Below are positions 51,663 to 64,000 of a DNA stretch of 64,000 bases, in pieces. Source of the stretch: Camelus dromedarius. Taxonomy: Eukaryota. The position numbers were made by a program, and so were the translations under genes. The DNA lies in the NCBI RefSeq assembly GCF_036321535.1, contig NC_087437.1, positions 101,682,001-101,746,000 of the forward strand, given 5' to 3'. A model generated the notes under the pieces. It did not search any database, was not told the origin of the DNA, and saw nothing but the letters and a program-made list of their open reading frames with translations. The first letter of the stretch is position 1. Each line of letters starts with the position of its first letter.

Positions 51663-53699
51663 AGAGAGTCATAATCTTTTGGCTGGGTATATTCTCACAA
51701 TAAACTTAAAGTTCTCTTACAATAAAAGATGTAGAATATGAATGTTAGAAAATCAGTAGACTGCTATATCTGTCACAGAACTCAGAATCAGTCATTATTT
51801 CTGACCTACTTGATATTGCATAATCACTTTTATCTATAGTATCTCTTTTAAATATCAAATAAATTTGAGATATTATTCCTATGTAAATATTAAGAAGCTG
51901 AACCTCATAAAAGGCCATAACCTGCATGCACAAGGTTCACATACATGCTTTACTCATTAGACATTTGAAAATGTGTTACACCCCTCTTAGTTAATTAGAA
52001 TGTATTAAGGAATTCCATATAAGCTATATTAAAATCAAAAGCTAATAATAAATGTGGAGAATGTAAAAGTTCATTATTTGGTTTTAATCATGCATTTAGC
52101 AAACATTAAGTAAATATTCAGGAAACAATTAGATTCCCAGAATCATCATGAAAACAAGAATCAGAAAGATTCTAGAATATGATCATAAACTCTTTGATTT
52201 TGGGTCTCTTCATTAGGTACATGATGAAATTCAAGACTCCTTTAGGGTTTTTTAGGGTATATATAGATAATAAATACGAAGATAAATCCTGAATGGTAGC
52301 TCCTGTCATTGTCATTCTGTTACATTTGATTTATTTACATGAGTCAGTTACACATGGTTCTGAAATAAGATAAAAAATAGTTTTTTCCTCAAGATTTTAC
52401 ATAAAAAAATGAATGTACCAAAGGTATGTGAAACTTAATTGACTTTTCTATGATTACACAGAAAGTGAGTTTTAGATCTGTACCTAGAATCTATTTGTAC
52501 TATGGCCCAACAGTGTTTTTGAAGTTTAAAGACTGAGATAGCTCAGTGTGAATGGGAAGAAAATAAGGTTTTTATTTACTGTGTTGGCTGGAGAATGGGA
52601 CTGGTCAGATGTTCATAATTTCTGTCACAAAACAGAAAACCTCCCAAACAGCATGAATATAATAGCTAGTCTAAAAGAATTAGAATTGTAAATGTATGCG
52701 CCAAAGCAAAGAAAATTTAGTTTTTTTATGAACAAAACCACTTATGGTCTATCAGAGCTACCTAAAGAAATACATGCCAATTAATAATCACAATGTTTTA
52801 TTCTGCAGAATTTATAGTGTTAAAGCCAATGGAAGGTACATTTAAATATACAATAAAAGTATATTACATTTTTATTTAATGTGTTTCCATTTACTCTAAT
52901 GTTTGAAAACACTCATCAGCCCTCTAATGACTATAACTGATGTTTGCTTTTCCACCCTTCTTTTTGTCCCTCAAGAATACGTCTTTGGAAGGAAACTTAG
53001 CAACTTAGCAACTATTGACTTGAATACTCTTCTCCTTATGTTGAGAGATTTCCTATAGGGAAAGCAGGTAAGAATTGAGACTGTACATGATACATAGATC
53101 TTAGAGCATAATTCCAACGGTGCTAAAGAAATCACAAAATTGAGAAATATCTATTTCATTTTTCTTAGCCATTCATATGATCAGAAAATTCTGTCTCAGG
53201 TTGACTCTGAAATTTATTTTCATAAATTATTTTAATTTTTTAATCAAAATATTTCACTTATAAGCTCTCCTATAACTAACAAATGGAAAACATGCTATTA
53301 TTTAGAGAGAGAATACATATTCTGTGTTTTGTTTTTGTTGACTTCATTTGATGAAACTTTTTCATTATTAAATTTCTCTGACTATACTGTTAAAAAACAT
53401 TTCATCAAATTGGATGGTTTATAAATTTATTTCTACTCATGCTTAAAGTATTGTGTTGTTTTTGTACTTAATATTTTCAACCCCTCTGAAAATTATTTTA
53501 TCATGTTATATAAGAATTGTTAGTATTTAAGCAAGCCTCAAGACTAGCTATATCAATGTGGGTTGGACTTTGTCCACTAACCTTCCTGTTTTAAATTTTC
53601 CTCAGGAAGAGCCATCCAACAGAATTTTTGAAGAATGGTTCCTAGAATCACATGTAGAATTGGATCTGGGGCGAAAAAACAATTATAAAAGACACCGAC

Positions 53700-54137
53700 T
53701 GTGATGTGTAATGCAAATGTCCCTGTGAGAATGAAAGATTTACTAATTCATTCTTGAGCTGCTGAAATGCTGCCCTAGATGGTTCTCCACTGCCAGCCCT
53801 CCTCAGAAATTGCCTCAGCTTAAGAGAGCCACCTTGCCCAATGTCACGCTTCTTTTCCAGAGATGCCTACATGCAATGATAAGCATAGTCAGGGTGGGAA
53901 AGGGTATATAATGTTAGATCCCTTGCTGCATCTTTAGATAATATTTGCAGGCCATCCCAACTCCCTAACTCCCCATGTGGAGAGCTGAGCCCATTACTGA
54001 GACTGCATCATGGTTTAACTAGTGTCTTTCCCCTATCTTGTTTTTTACCTTCTCTTCCAAAATGTTGATCCTCAAATACTCCCAAAGCACTCCCTGCACA
54101 CTCATCTCTATCTCAGAGTCTGCTACCTGGGGAAATT
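53700..54137 (+). mobile_element. ERVL LTR, LTR16A-like
   Basis: gaaattgcctcagcttaagagagccaccttgcccaatgtcacgc...ggccatcccaactcc...gagactgcatca...ctgcacactcatctctatctcagagtctgctacctggggaa. Confidence 0.85.
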
Positions 54138-54554
54138 TCTCCATTGTTTTTTCAATCTATTAGTATTTCATCATATTCTGAACTCTGGGCCCATTTTCAC
54201 AAGTCATACTTTATAAATAACCATTTGATTGAAGTCAACAGTGGTTTGTTAATATTCTAGTCATTCAGTGTTAATCGTAAAATCATACTAATACTTTAGC
54301 AACTCTTTTCTTCCTCACTGGTCTGATTTAGTTATAGGATTGCTGTTGTTCAGGGATTCCTAGCTACAGTCACATTTTGTATGACTGTTTTTAAAAAGAT
54401 TATTACATTTACAACATTGCAATTTCATTTTTGATACTATCCTACCATTTGAGAGTCTTTCTCACATTTCTATGAATTTACTTATTTTTTGTTCATATTT
54501 TCCAGAGTCTGAGATATACATCTCATTTCACTCTGGGTCCTATTCCTTTCTCTA

Positions 54555-54680
54555 TTTTTTTTAAAATAGACTTTATTTTTTCAGAGCAGTTTCAGGTTTA
54601 TAGCAGAATTGAGCAGAAAATAAGTTCCCACATAGCCCTCCCCACCCACACACATATACTCCCCTACCCTCAACATCCCT
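54555..54680 (-). mobile_element. L1MC-like extreme 3' end
   Basis: aatagactttatttttcagagcagtttcaggtttatagcagaattgagcagaaa...gttcccacatagccc...ctcaacatccc. Confidence 0.8.
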
Positions 54681-56138
54681 CTTTCGCTATGATTTTAAGA
54701 TAAGAAGTGTCTGTCTCTGAGAGGTTGTATTTTTCTTTATTTAAGTACAGTATATTTATAGATATATGAAGCTAATGATATAAGGAAAGACAAATTCACT
54801 GGTTCTTCAATGTTGATTTAAAAAGCTAAAGATTTTCTAATTCCCCTAAATAATAAATGTTAGATAATACATTTAATTAGGGTAAAGGAGAGACAGATAC
54901 TCTTACAAAACACTGGGGAACTATCAATCAATTGCTTGTGTAACACTGACATTACAGAAATCGTCAGACGGCAATAGAGGACAACTGGATAGACAGAGTT
55001 TCTTTGATATTTTAAAGGTAAAACTGAATGCAGTGTTTGACAATAGCGTTTGAAGCAAAGGCATTTCAACAGCTACACTCAGGAGATGTAGAGAGCAAAA
55101 AAAGTCCTTAGGACATCAGAAAATACCTTGATGTGGGCATTTTCTTGCTGTTAAGATCACATGAGCTATATTTTAGGACTATCCTTCATTTTATTCACTG
55201 AAAATCTCATGTGTGACTTTATTATGCAACAGGAACTGACATCTGTCAGATACCTGGTCAGGACTCTTTTGGCCAATGCAGTCGTGGAAGCAATAGACCA
55301 GTACTTATCTTTTCCAAACATCCATTACCTTATGTACTTCTTAGTAAAACAGAATATCCCTAACATAAATGAGTAAAAAATAACTTTAACTTTATGATTT
55401 TCCCATCAATTAGAGGCTAACACATTACGGAAACATCGGCAAACTTAACCAATATTTCTTAAATTTAAGTTTCTTTAAAATGTCTATCAGAAGTCAAAGT
55501 GAGATTAAAAATAGCTTAATTTACAAATCTCAGAATCTACATATATCTCACCACTACAGAACAGGTTTTATTCATAAAGCCTCGTGATTTTTTTCTGTTT
55601 GTTTCTTGGCAGTTGGTTCTTTGAAATGTGGAAAAGTCCATCACAGAATTTCTGCTATGGTAAATTCATGAGTATCATGTTACTGAAGAAAACATAACCA
55701 AAGAGAAATTTCCTTGACATGAGACTACATATTTTATAGTCAAAAGATTGTACAATTAGTCAAAGATAAAGATTATGTTCCACTCACACTTTTCCTTGAA
55801 CTAACTAGGTAAACTTGAGCAAAGGGTTTTCTTCCAGAGTTTTTTTGCACATAGAAAACAAGTTGAAATCAATGGGTTGAAAGGTTTCTTCACATAAATT
55901 TTAACTATTTCTAAAAACATCTTTGACACCTTTTAAATTGGTGTCCAAGAGTGGTGGCGCTTTGCTTGTCAAGCCAAAAGCAAATGCAGTGGACCATCAA
56001 AATGGATATATTTTAAAAAGTTTTGTCAGTTAGTTTTTCTTGTAACATAATGACTTGGAACTCAATATAAGGCCAGTCAATTAATCAAAACTGAACTCTC
56101 ATTTTTAGCTTGCAAAAACATTAAGAAATCAGGGTCTC

Positions 56139-56284
56139 AGACGGCATCAAACAAAAAAACCTCAACAAAGGAAACCATCAACAAAATGAAAAGGCAACCT
56201 ATGGAATGTGAGAAAATATTTGCAAACCACATATCTGAAAAAGGATTAATATCCAAACTATATATGGAACTTAAACAACTCAAT

Positions 56285-56320
<36 letters not shown>

Positions 56321-57296
56321 ACCAAAACCAAAACCCCAAGTAACCCAATTAAAAACAGAAAAAGCACATCAATAGCCATTTTTCCAAAGAAGATATACAA
56401 GTGACCAAGAGGTACATGAAAAGGTGCTCAACATCACCAGTTATCAGGAGAACGCAAATCAAAACCACATTGAGGTTATCACTTCACACCTGTTAGAATG
56501 GCTATTATAATAAAGAAAAGGGGTAACGAATACTGGTGAGGATGTGAAGAAAAGGGATCCTTTGTACACTGTTGATAGGAATGTAAACTGGTATAGCCAC
56601 TAAGGAAAACATTATGGTGGTCCTTCAGTTAATTAAAAATAGAACTATGATATGATCCAGCAATTCCACTTCTGGGTATATAACCAAAGGAAATGAAATC
56701 TCTATCTCGAAAGGATATATATACTCCCATACTCAGTGCAACATTATTCACAATAGCTAGAGTATGGTAACAATCTAAGAGTTCACTGATGGATAACTGG
56801 ATAAAGAAAATATGGGTGTGTGTGTGTGTGTATATAAAATGGAAAATTATTCAGCCTTAAAAAAGTAGGAAATCTTGTCACTTGTGACAACATGGTTTTA
56901 CCTGAAGGCATTATGCTAAGTGAAATAAGCCAGAGGGAGAAAGACAAATACTATATGATCTTACTCATGTGTGTAATCTAAAAAAAAACAAACTCATAAA
57001 AACATGGACTAGAATGGTGATTGGGAGGGGCAAGAGGCTGGGGAAAAGAGGGAGGGGCTGGTAATTGCAAACCTTCAGTTGTAAGATAAATAAGTTCTAA
57101 AGAGCTAATGTATAACATGGTGACTATAGATAGTAACATTATAATGTATAATTAAAATTTGCTAAGAGACTAGAACTTAAATGTTCTCACCAAGAAAAAA
57201 AAAAGTAAAATTAAAAAGGTATACATCACCATGTTGTACAATTTAAGTATTTTATAATTTTGTTTGTAAATTATGCCTCAACAAAGCTGAAAAAAA
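56139..57296 (+). mobile_element. 5'-truncated LINE-1 (L1MA9/L1MB-like), ORF2 end plus full 3' UTR
   Basis: The ORF gives MKRQPMECEKIFANHISEKGLISKLYMELKQLN. Contains tatgatccagcaattccacttctgggtatata and ends ttatgcctcaacaaagctgaaaaaaa. Includes an A28 run (56288-56315) and a (TG)n run (~56817-56831). Confidence 0.95.
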
Positions 57297-57864
57297 TTGA
57301 AGCCTCAGAAGTATAGAATTTAGAAAGTTTCCTGTTCTCACAAGGACTTTAGGGAACAGTTGTAGTTTGTGTTTAAACATCAAGTTGATATTCTTAAACG
57401 TGTACAGCCAAAACGGAATAGGACTTGGCACACTGTAAAAGTGAAGATATAACATGAAATTTTACAGTAAAAATTCATGTTGTTATGCTAGAAAATAATG
57501 CTTTGACCTAATTATATTTTATGTTACAACAAGCATTAGAATTCCCTAGATAATTATTTCAAAATAAATATACCTGTGACCTTTTTCTTAAAGACCCTGA
57601 ATTAGTTTGCAGTTTCCCTAGCAATTATGAGCTACTCCAATTGCGAAGACTGGCTCTTTTAATACAAAGATCCTATGGCTGTAAATGACCAATTTTCCTT
57701 TAATTCAAATTTTCTGATTTTTAGTTATATTGAACATCATCCCATTAGCTAATTATTTAAGATTGTTAGAACATTTCTGCCTTTACCTTGATCCTCTTTT
57801 GGAAAGTCCTAATTGACTTAAAAAAGTCCTCCTTATCCTTAAACATGCATCCCAATTATTGCGG

Positions 57865-57888
57865 TTTTTTTTTTTTTTTTTTTTTTTT
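57865..57888. repeat. T24 homopolymer
   Basis: 24 consecutive T seen directly, not attached to a recognisable element body. Confidence 0.9.
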
Positions 57889-59444
57889 GAAACCTTTCCT
57901 TGGTCTCTGGGAGGTAGCATTCTTATTGTGCTGCAAAAAGCCTTACTAACACTTCTATTAGAACTCTTTTAACACACTGTGCAGCAATGATCTGTTTATA
58001 GTAAGTCTCACCCACTGGATTATCAGTTTAAAGGAACGTAATTAAGTTGGTAAGCATATCACTAAGTGGTAACAATAAAAATCACTTTATAAAATTGGTT
58101 AAAATAAACATTGGCAATGACATCTCAGCTGCAATAAGATCACAGCAATTCAATGTCATGGCACTGTGATTTTCACACAATACCAGCTTCACTTCCTTGC
58201 ATTGTTTTTTGGCAGCAATAGCACTTAAAGGGCAATTTTGAGAAAACTCAGCTAATATTCTTCGTAGATATTTAACCTTATGAAAGGAAATCACTTACCC
58301 AGGACATTCAGCATTTTCATTTCAGTGACATTTAAAATGGAAATGAGTCCATTTTCTTTTCAGACTTTTTGAATATGCTTTGGTTCAAAATTAAATTCAA
58401 CCCATTCAGTGAATTATTCAACTAGGACGAAGTCAGAATAGAAGGAAATTAAAAAACCAAAATTTTAAAAATTCGGTTCTTATACTTGATACATCCTATA
58501 GTCTACATTTATTATACCAACAGGTAAGGCATACTAATTGCTAATCAATAAAATAGAATAATTATTTCTAGTATATAATGAAGCAATGTTTAACTTTATT
58601 GCTCTTTGCTACAAGATAATTTAGATAATTGCAGCTCATATGCATGCCTTTAATCATCTCAGGAAACTGAGTTATTTAAAAAATGTTTTGTTTTTACTAA
58701 CAGATGTTGGTATTGATGAACAATAGTTTTTAAATCTTACCCTATTTTTTATATTATTATGATACTAAAAATTGTATAGGAAGACTCTGAAAACATAATG
58801 TAAACAGAATTAATCTTTAAATGCCTGTCCATACTTTTATTAAAGATTCTTTTTATTGTTTTATAATAAAGAAATGGGTTAAAGAATGAATATATTAAGA
58901 TAACTTTTGACAGCCTAATAGGTTTAAAGTGAATATGGCTAAATTTTCTTGGTTGTTTCTAATTCTCTGTATCTTGGGATGACTCCCAAACTACTCAGAA
59001 CAAAACATTAAATCCAAGTCCAAAAGCCTTTTGGATAATGTAGATAGTAATGAGATTGGGGGTGGGGGGAAGTTTACACCTTACCTGGCACATTTATCTT
59101 CTAAAAATAAAATATGCCTTATCATTTTTGTCCGCCTTGAAGGCTTCTCCTTTTGTATCCCCTCATTCAACCTTTCATTTACTATTCATCAATGATCTCC
59201 ATTATTTACAAAATTAACCTGGTTCAAGCAACTGTCCCACATTTTCTATTACGTTGCACTGAGCACTCAGCAACCCAATATGGCCAACATGGGCAAGCAA
59301 AACAAACAAAGAAAAACAGGTCATTTTCCCCAGTGAATGTCTTTCTGCAAGCGTGTCTTTAGGATTTTCAATCTATCCCTCTGTCTCTAGAGAACCAGTC
59401 TGAAGCCCTCAAATACATGATTCGTATTTCTAGACAGTAACAGA

Positions 59445-59850
59445 CAGTAAGTTGGTAAATGTTTAAAAATCAGCTCTCTGAACAACAACAAAAAGCCTTG
59501 ATAGTATGTAACATTTGCCTATTTTTGTGGTGTGAACAGTCCCACTATGACCACTTTTGAACTGCCAGTGTATCCTCACTGAATGCCAAATTGGGAGTGA
59601 TGCACTGTGGCCCAACATTATTTATTTCCCCTGTAGTAGTTACATACATAAAGTAGACTCAAGAGCATATATAATAATATAATACGGTAAAATAATTAGT
59701 ATTTAGCTTGTTCTTAGCATTTATTCATTAAAAATATTTCCTGTTAACAAGTTTGAAAAGTAATTTCACTTTATTAATGGCAATATTTAACAACCAATGT
59801 GCAAAACCAGCTGTCATTTTTCAGCGTATGCTGGATCTAGCACACCAGTG
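59445..59850 (-). mobile_element. MER63(B)-like hAT-Blackjack DNA transposon
   Basis: ttggtaaatgtttaaaaatcagctctctg...tggtgtgaacagtcccactatgacc...cactgaatgccaaattgggagtgatgcac...ctcaagagcata...tagcacaccagtg, with decayed cagtg-type termini. Confidence 0.85.
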
Positions 59851-62536
59851 GTACTAGGTGTCTTTTACACCTTTTGCTAGTTGACATTAAGTATCAAATC
59901 ATATAGGTTATTACTTGGTTTCAAAGATTGAGTGTTTTGAAAACAAAATGGAAATTGGTTTAAACATTTACCACCTTTCTTTAAATTGACTAAAAAAGAA
60001 AAAAAAAAACAGTGTCTAATTAAACAACAGACCTAGAAAATTGTATGCACCTTCCTCTACATTGTCCATTTCATTGATGTTATTTTTATGTAAATCTCTC
60101 TTTATGAATTCTTTTTTTTAAATGTGCAGCTATATGAGAGTAGAATATTTTTTTAATGGAGGCAAGGGATTGCACTGTAATTTTACCCAGTAATTCCAAC
60201 CCAAATAAAGCTTCCATTGGCAATTTCCTCTTATCTTTTTCATTTCTGAATATGGAGATAAAGAGGCCAAAGTTCAGATTCCTTTCTTGGAGATATGTAC
60301 ACATCACTAAGTTCAGGGCAAAGGACGCAGTGATAAAAGTGCTCAAAGTTTTAAAATATTGACACTGAAATGATATTTCTGGATTTATATAAGACCCCAT
60401 TCCAAGATTACACTACAGTTTTTCTGGAAATTTTCTCTGAGCCATTATAGTCTACAAAGGTTCATCCTCTTGGCGATCTCTGATTAGACCAGCAGTGGAT
60501 ACCTTTCCAAGTTTGTTCATCATCCTGTATATCCTTGAATTTGCAATTAGGACCAATTAGCCAGTTCACAAGGCCGTGATTATAATACATAAGCCCAGTA
60601 ACTATACAGAAAGGCATATTTTGCCATGGGTCATAGAAAAGCAAAGAAATTTCAAGAAGGGAAAACAGACAGAGATGGATCGGGAAACACGGAGAAAAGA
60701 CAAAGGTCAAGGACAGTGCTTGGTTCTGGTTACTTCCTCAGTTCCTTGGTTTCTATGAGGTATAGATTTAAGTTGGTTCTTTTATATATTTAAAAGCAGT
60801 AAATAACATACAAGTTTTAAGAGTATCTGAATTTCTGGCTCTGTCCATGTCAAAATGAGCTGTAATATCATAGATTCCTGAAGAGCCATTTCACTACTCA
60901 CATGTGTGCATTTCAGCCTAGTTCTCCAATTCAGGTACAAGAATTAAAAGAGAAAGAAGAAAAAAGAAAATAAAAGAAGAGAAAATAAAAGAAAAACGTA
61001 ATACACTAATACATAGATTAGTTGTGTTCTGGAAAGGAGTAGGAAAGGAACCAGGGAGTACCCTGTGGTTATTCCAGAAATAAATGATTCCCTGCTCTCA
61101 AGGTTTCTCCCTGTATTTTTCTCTCAGTACTTAGCAAGAGAGTCAGTTAACTAATACATCAATTATTAGCAGACTGGTTAATGTAGAGGGGTCAATATGC
61201 AGAATGTCATCCCTATCCTGTACAAAGTCAGTAAATTCTTAAGAAACAGTCACAAACTTATAGAAGAAGAGTTTATAATAATAATAAACATAGCTCTTGA
61301 CTTTTCTCTGTAGGTCATGCCATTCTTTTCCATCTTCAAATCCATTATTCTTCTCTATTTAAGGTTTCTGTGCATGGACTCATATCCTTGAGGAGACAGC
61401 AAGCCAAATGCCAAAGCTTATTTGATCACAAATTATGCAGATGGTAATGATTTGATTAGGAATTTGTGCACTGGATTGTCATCTGCAGTCTCTGCAGGAC
61501 TTTTATTCTTTCCTGAGGTATAGTTTGGCCAATTGTGTTGAATGATATTTTGAAAACTATAGTTTGATCAGTAACGCAGTGATACACAATTTTTGATTTT
61601 TAAAATTCAATCTTCCTTCTTGCCTTCTCAACAAAATATTTGGTCACTTTCCCTTCCATCACAGTGTACTTTCCATATAATAACATACAACTATTTCACT
61701 TGCTGCCATCTGCCACTGTAGAAGAAAACTCTTTAATGCCTCTCTGCTGAGAGTGATAAAATTACACTGATGATAATGTGTATATCAATCCATTATCTAG
61801 TAGGTATTTTCAATAAAGGAGAAAGTGAAGATAAACTGACAATAAGAAAATGATGTGTTGCACATTACAGACATAATAGTTCCATAAAATGTGGCTTAAA
61901 TTCATAAGAACTTAGTAAGTTACAAGGCAATATATAATATTTCTTATATATCCATAGCTTATTATATTGAATATTTTATTAACTTCCAAATAAGAATTTT
62001 CACTGTTAAAATTGTCATAGCTGGCTCTTTCTTTCAATTTAGTTACCTGACATTAACCATACTGTTGGAACATATTCTTGGTGACATGCCTACCTGTGTT
62101 TCAAGGTGGTGTCTTCCAAAACTAATGTGGCTTCTTGGTTTCAGGAATCATGCCCTTTATGTTCCTAAAATATCTTAGTATCCTGCAAAGAAGTTGAATT
62201 CATACAGTCTCTACAGAGAACAAGAATGCTCTCTATGTGTCTCCACCAACCTGATGTACTATGAAGTTGAACCAATGAGGAAAAATGATTATTTCTTCCA
62301 AGATACCACCTTGATAACTTATATTTCCACTAGTCCATAGGGAAGTTTTAGCAGTATTACTTTTGTACAAATTATTTATTGTCATTCCTGAGGGTTCAGA
62401 GCTGGAAATCTCTGTGTGGCCCTGAACCATTCTGATGAGTCTACATCTGCCTCCTGCAACATCATTGCCAAGCCTGAGGGCTTTGTCCTTCTTTAGTGAT
62501 AAGGAGCATCTTACGAGGTGTAGACTGGAAAATGAC

Positions 62537-63109
62537 TGTATTAGCTATGTATTGCTATATGATAATTTTGTCACAAACTCTGAAGCTTAAAATAACACTC
62601 ATTATTATCTCATAATTTCTGCAGATCCAGAGTCTTGGCTTGGGTTAATAGGATTCTCTGCTTCAGGATGTTATACCTGGAATCAAAGTGTTGGCCAAGG
62701 TTTCAGTCTCATATGAGCTCTTACTCAGGAGAAATCTACTTCTCAACTCCTGTGGTTGTTGGCAAAATTCAGTTCTTTGCAGGCTACTGGACTGAGGTTC
62801 TCATTTTCTTGCTATTTTTTAGCCAGAGGCCACCCTCAGGTCCTTGACTTTTCAATATGGCAGGACACAACACAGTAGCTTGCTTCTCGAGGTCACCAAA
62901 TGGGAGAGTTTCTTCTCAATATGGGTACTATAGTGTTGTGCAATGTAATCATGTTCTTGATCACATATATCTCATCACCTTTGCCATGGACTTCTATTGG
63001 ATTGAAGCAAGTCACAGGCCAGCCATGTTCAAGGTAGGGAGTAATAACATAAAGATATGAACAAGGAGGGCAGAAATCATAAAGTTCACCTGAGAATCTA
63101 TCTCTTACA
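62537..63109 (-). mobile_element. MaLR solo LTR, MLT1F-like
   Basis: tgtattagctatgtattgct...gcttaaaataacactcattattatctca...gtggttgttggcaaaattcagttctttgcaggct...agccagaggccaccctcag...gaagcaagtcacaggcc. Confidence 0.88.
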
Positions 63110-64000
63110 AAGAACCTCATTCCCAAAAATGTAGCTGAAAATGTACTATTTGGCCATGTCATTTTCTCAAGTTTCTCAACCTGTTGTTTGGACTTTGGCT
63201 GGTTCATTCTGGGAACTTTCCACACATGCCTAGACAAGATGACATTGCCTTAAAGTTCACCTGCCTGATCTCTGGAACATCTTGCAGCATGACTCTTCTG
63301 AGGATGTTACTCTAAACATTTACTTATTTTTATTCAAGTTACTGTTTTAGTGGTCAGGTATCAGGACCTATCTACAAAGACAAAATCAAACTATGTTCAG
63401 CATGTCTTCCTCATTAGATACCACCTCAATGACTTACACTTTTCAGTTAAAATGCTTTTTTTTTCTTTCCATTTTGAGAACAGCTGTGAACCATCTGGTT
63501 TTAATCAAAAATCCATATTAAATTACATCTTTAATTCTGGTGATAAATAGGAAAACATCTTAAACGCAATTTGACTTGTGTATATGATTTCTTCATTAGA
63601 TTTCCCTCCTTTTAGATATGTCAAAAACCTCATTTTCTTGAATGCTGTCGATGTGAGGAAGAGATTAAAAATCTGTACACCATGCAAACCATAAAGAGCT
63701 ATAGGAGCAAACCTGAATTACACAAGCATGTGCCACAAGGTTCATTAAACAATTTGGTCCATTTAACATTATATGTCCATGTGACTCTTCCATATTTTGA
63801 AACAAGAATCTACTGAAGAAAAATCTTGAATTTATTACTTATTTATCTGACTTTATTCTATGTATCTACCTCAAGAATTGGGGCAAAAAATGATACATTT
63901 TTATGTATCTAATTCACATAATCTTTAAGTAAAGTCTAAGAAGGGAAAAGTAATTCTTCTGCATAATGCAAAAATGTTTACATTCTTTCCAATTTTTATG

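Noticed and set aside
54958..55017. EF-hand motif in KSSDGNRGQLDRQSFFDILK
   Set aside because: Superficial resemblance only; the spacing and the acidic ligands at loop positions 1 and 12 do not fit a canonical EF-hand.
57865..57888. Poly(A)-only retrotransposition event
   Set aside because: No convincing target-site duplication around the T24 run; slippage expansion is equally likely.
58292..58430. Minus-strand AG...GTAAGT exon-like segment (and a similar one at ~62090-62165)
   Set aside because: Stops in all three frames and no other support; indistinguishable from background pseudo-exons.
1..64000. The short ORFs (60-145 aa) of the six-frame track as protein-coding genes
   Set aside because: They are short, often start at non-ATG codons, have the composition of random AT-rich DNA, or fall inside repeats. 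Only L1 ORF2 remnants are recognisable, and no consistent multi-exon gene could be assembled.
1..64000. CRISPR array, operon, prophage or other prokaryotic system
   Set aside because: No regularly spaced repeats and no gene-dense organisation. The repeat content is unambiguously eutherian.

Overview
AT-rich, CpG-depleted placental-mammal genomic DNA, most likely from a camelid (camel/alpaca/llama group): it carries a Vic-1-type tRNA-derived SINE and I saw no Alu, Bov-tA/BovB, PRE1 or SINEC copies. I found no confidently identifiable protein-coding gene, CpG island, intact RNA gene or prokaryotic feature. The only ORFs with clear homology are decayed LINE-1 ORF2 pieces. The window looks like ordinary intergenic or deep-intronic DNA dense in old interspersed repeats: L1, L2, MIR, MaLR/ERVL LTRs (MLT1, MLT2, LTR16-like), an ERV1-type solo LTR, and the hAT elements MER58A and MER63. 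Repeat family names come from remembered consensus sequences and need RepeatMasker/Dfam confirmation; boundaries of old repeats are approximate. I do not see good evidence for a new biological system. The best leads are a tailless 5'-half tRNA-Glu(CTC) retrocopy, a candidate 15-nt microexon with SRRM4-type architecture, a possible two-exon micro-ORF with an AKAP7-like helix, a very decayed ERV integrase/env remnant, and an E-box palindrome in unique sequence. All except the tRNA half are speculative.
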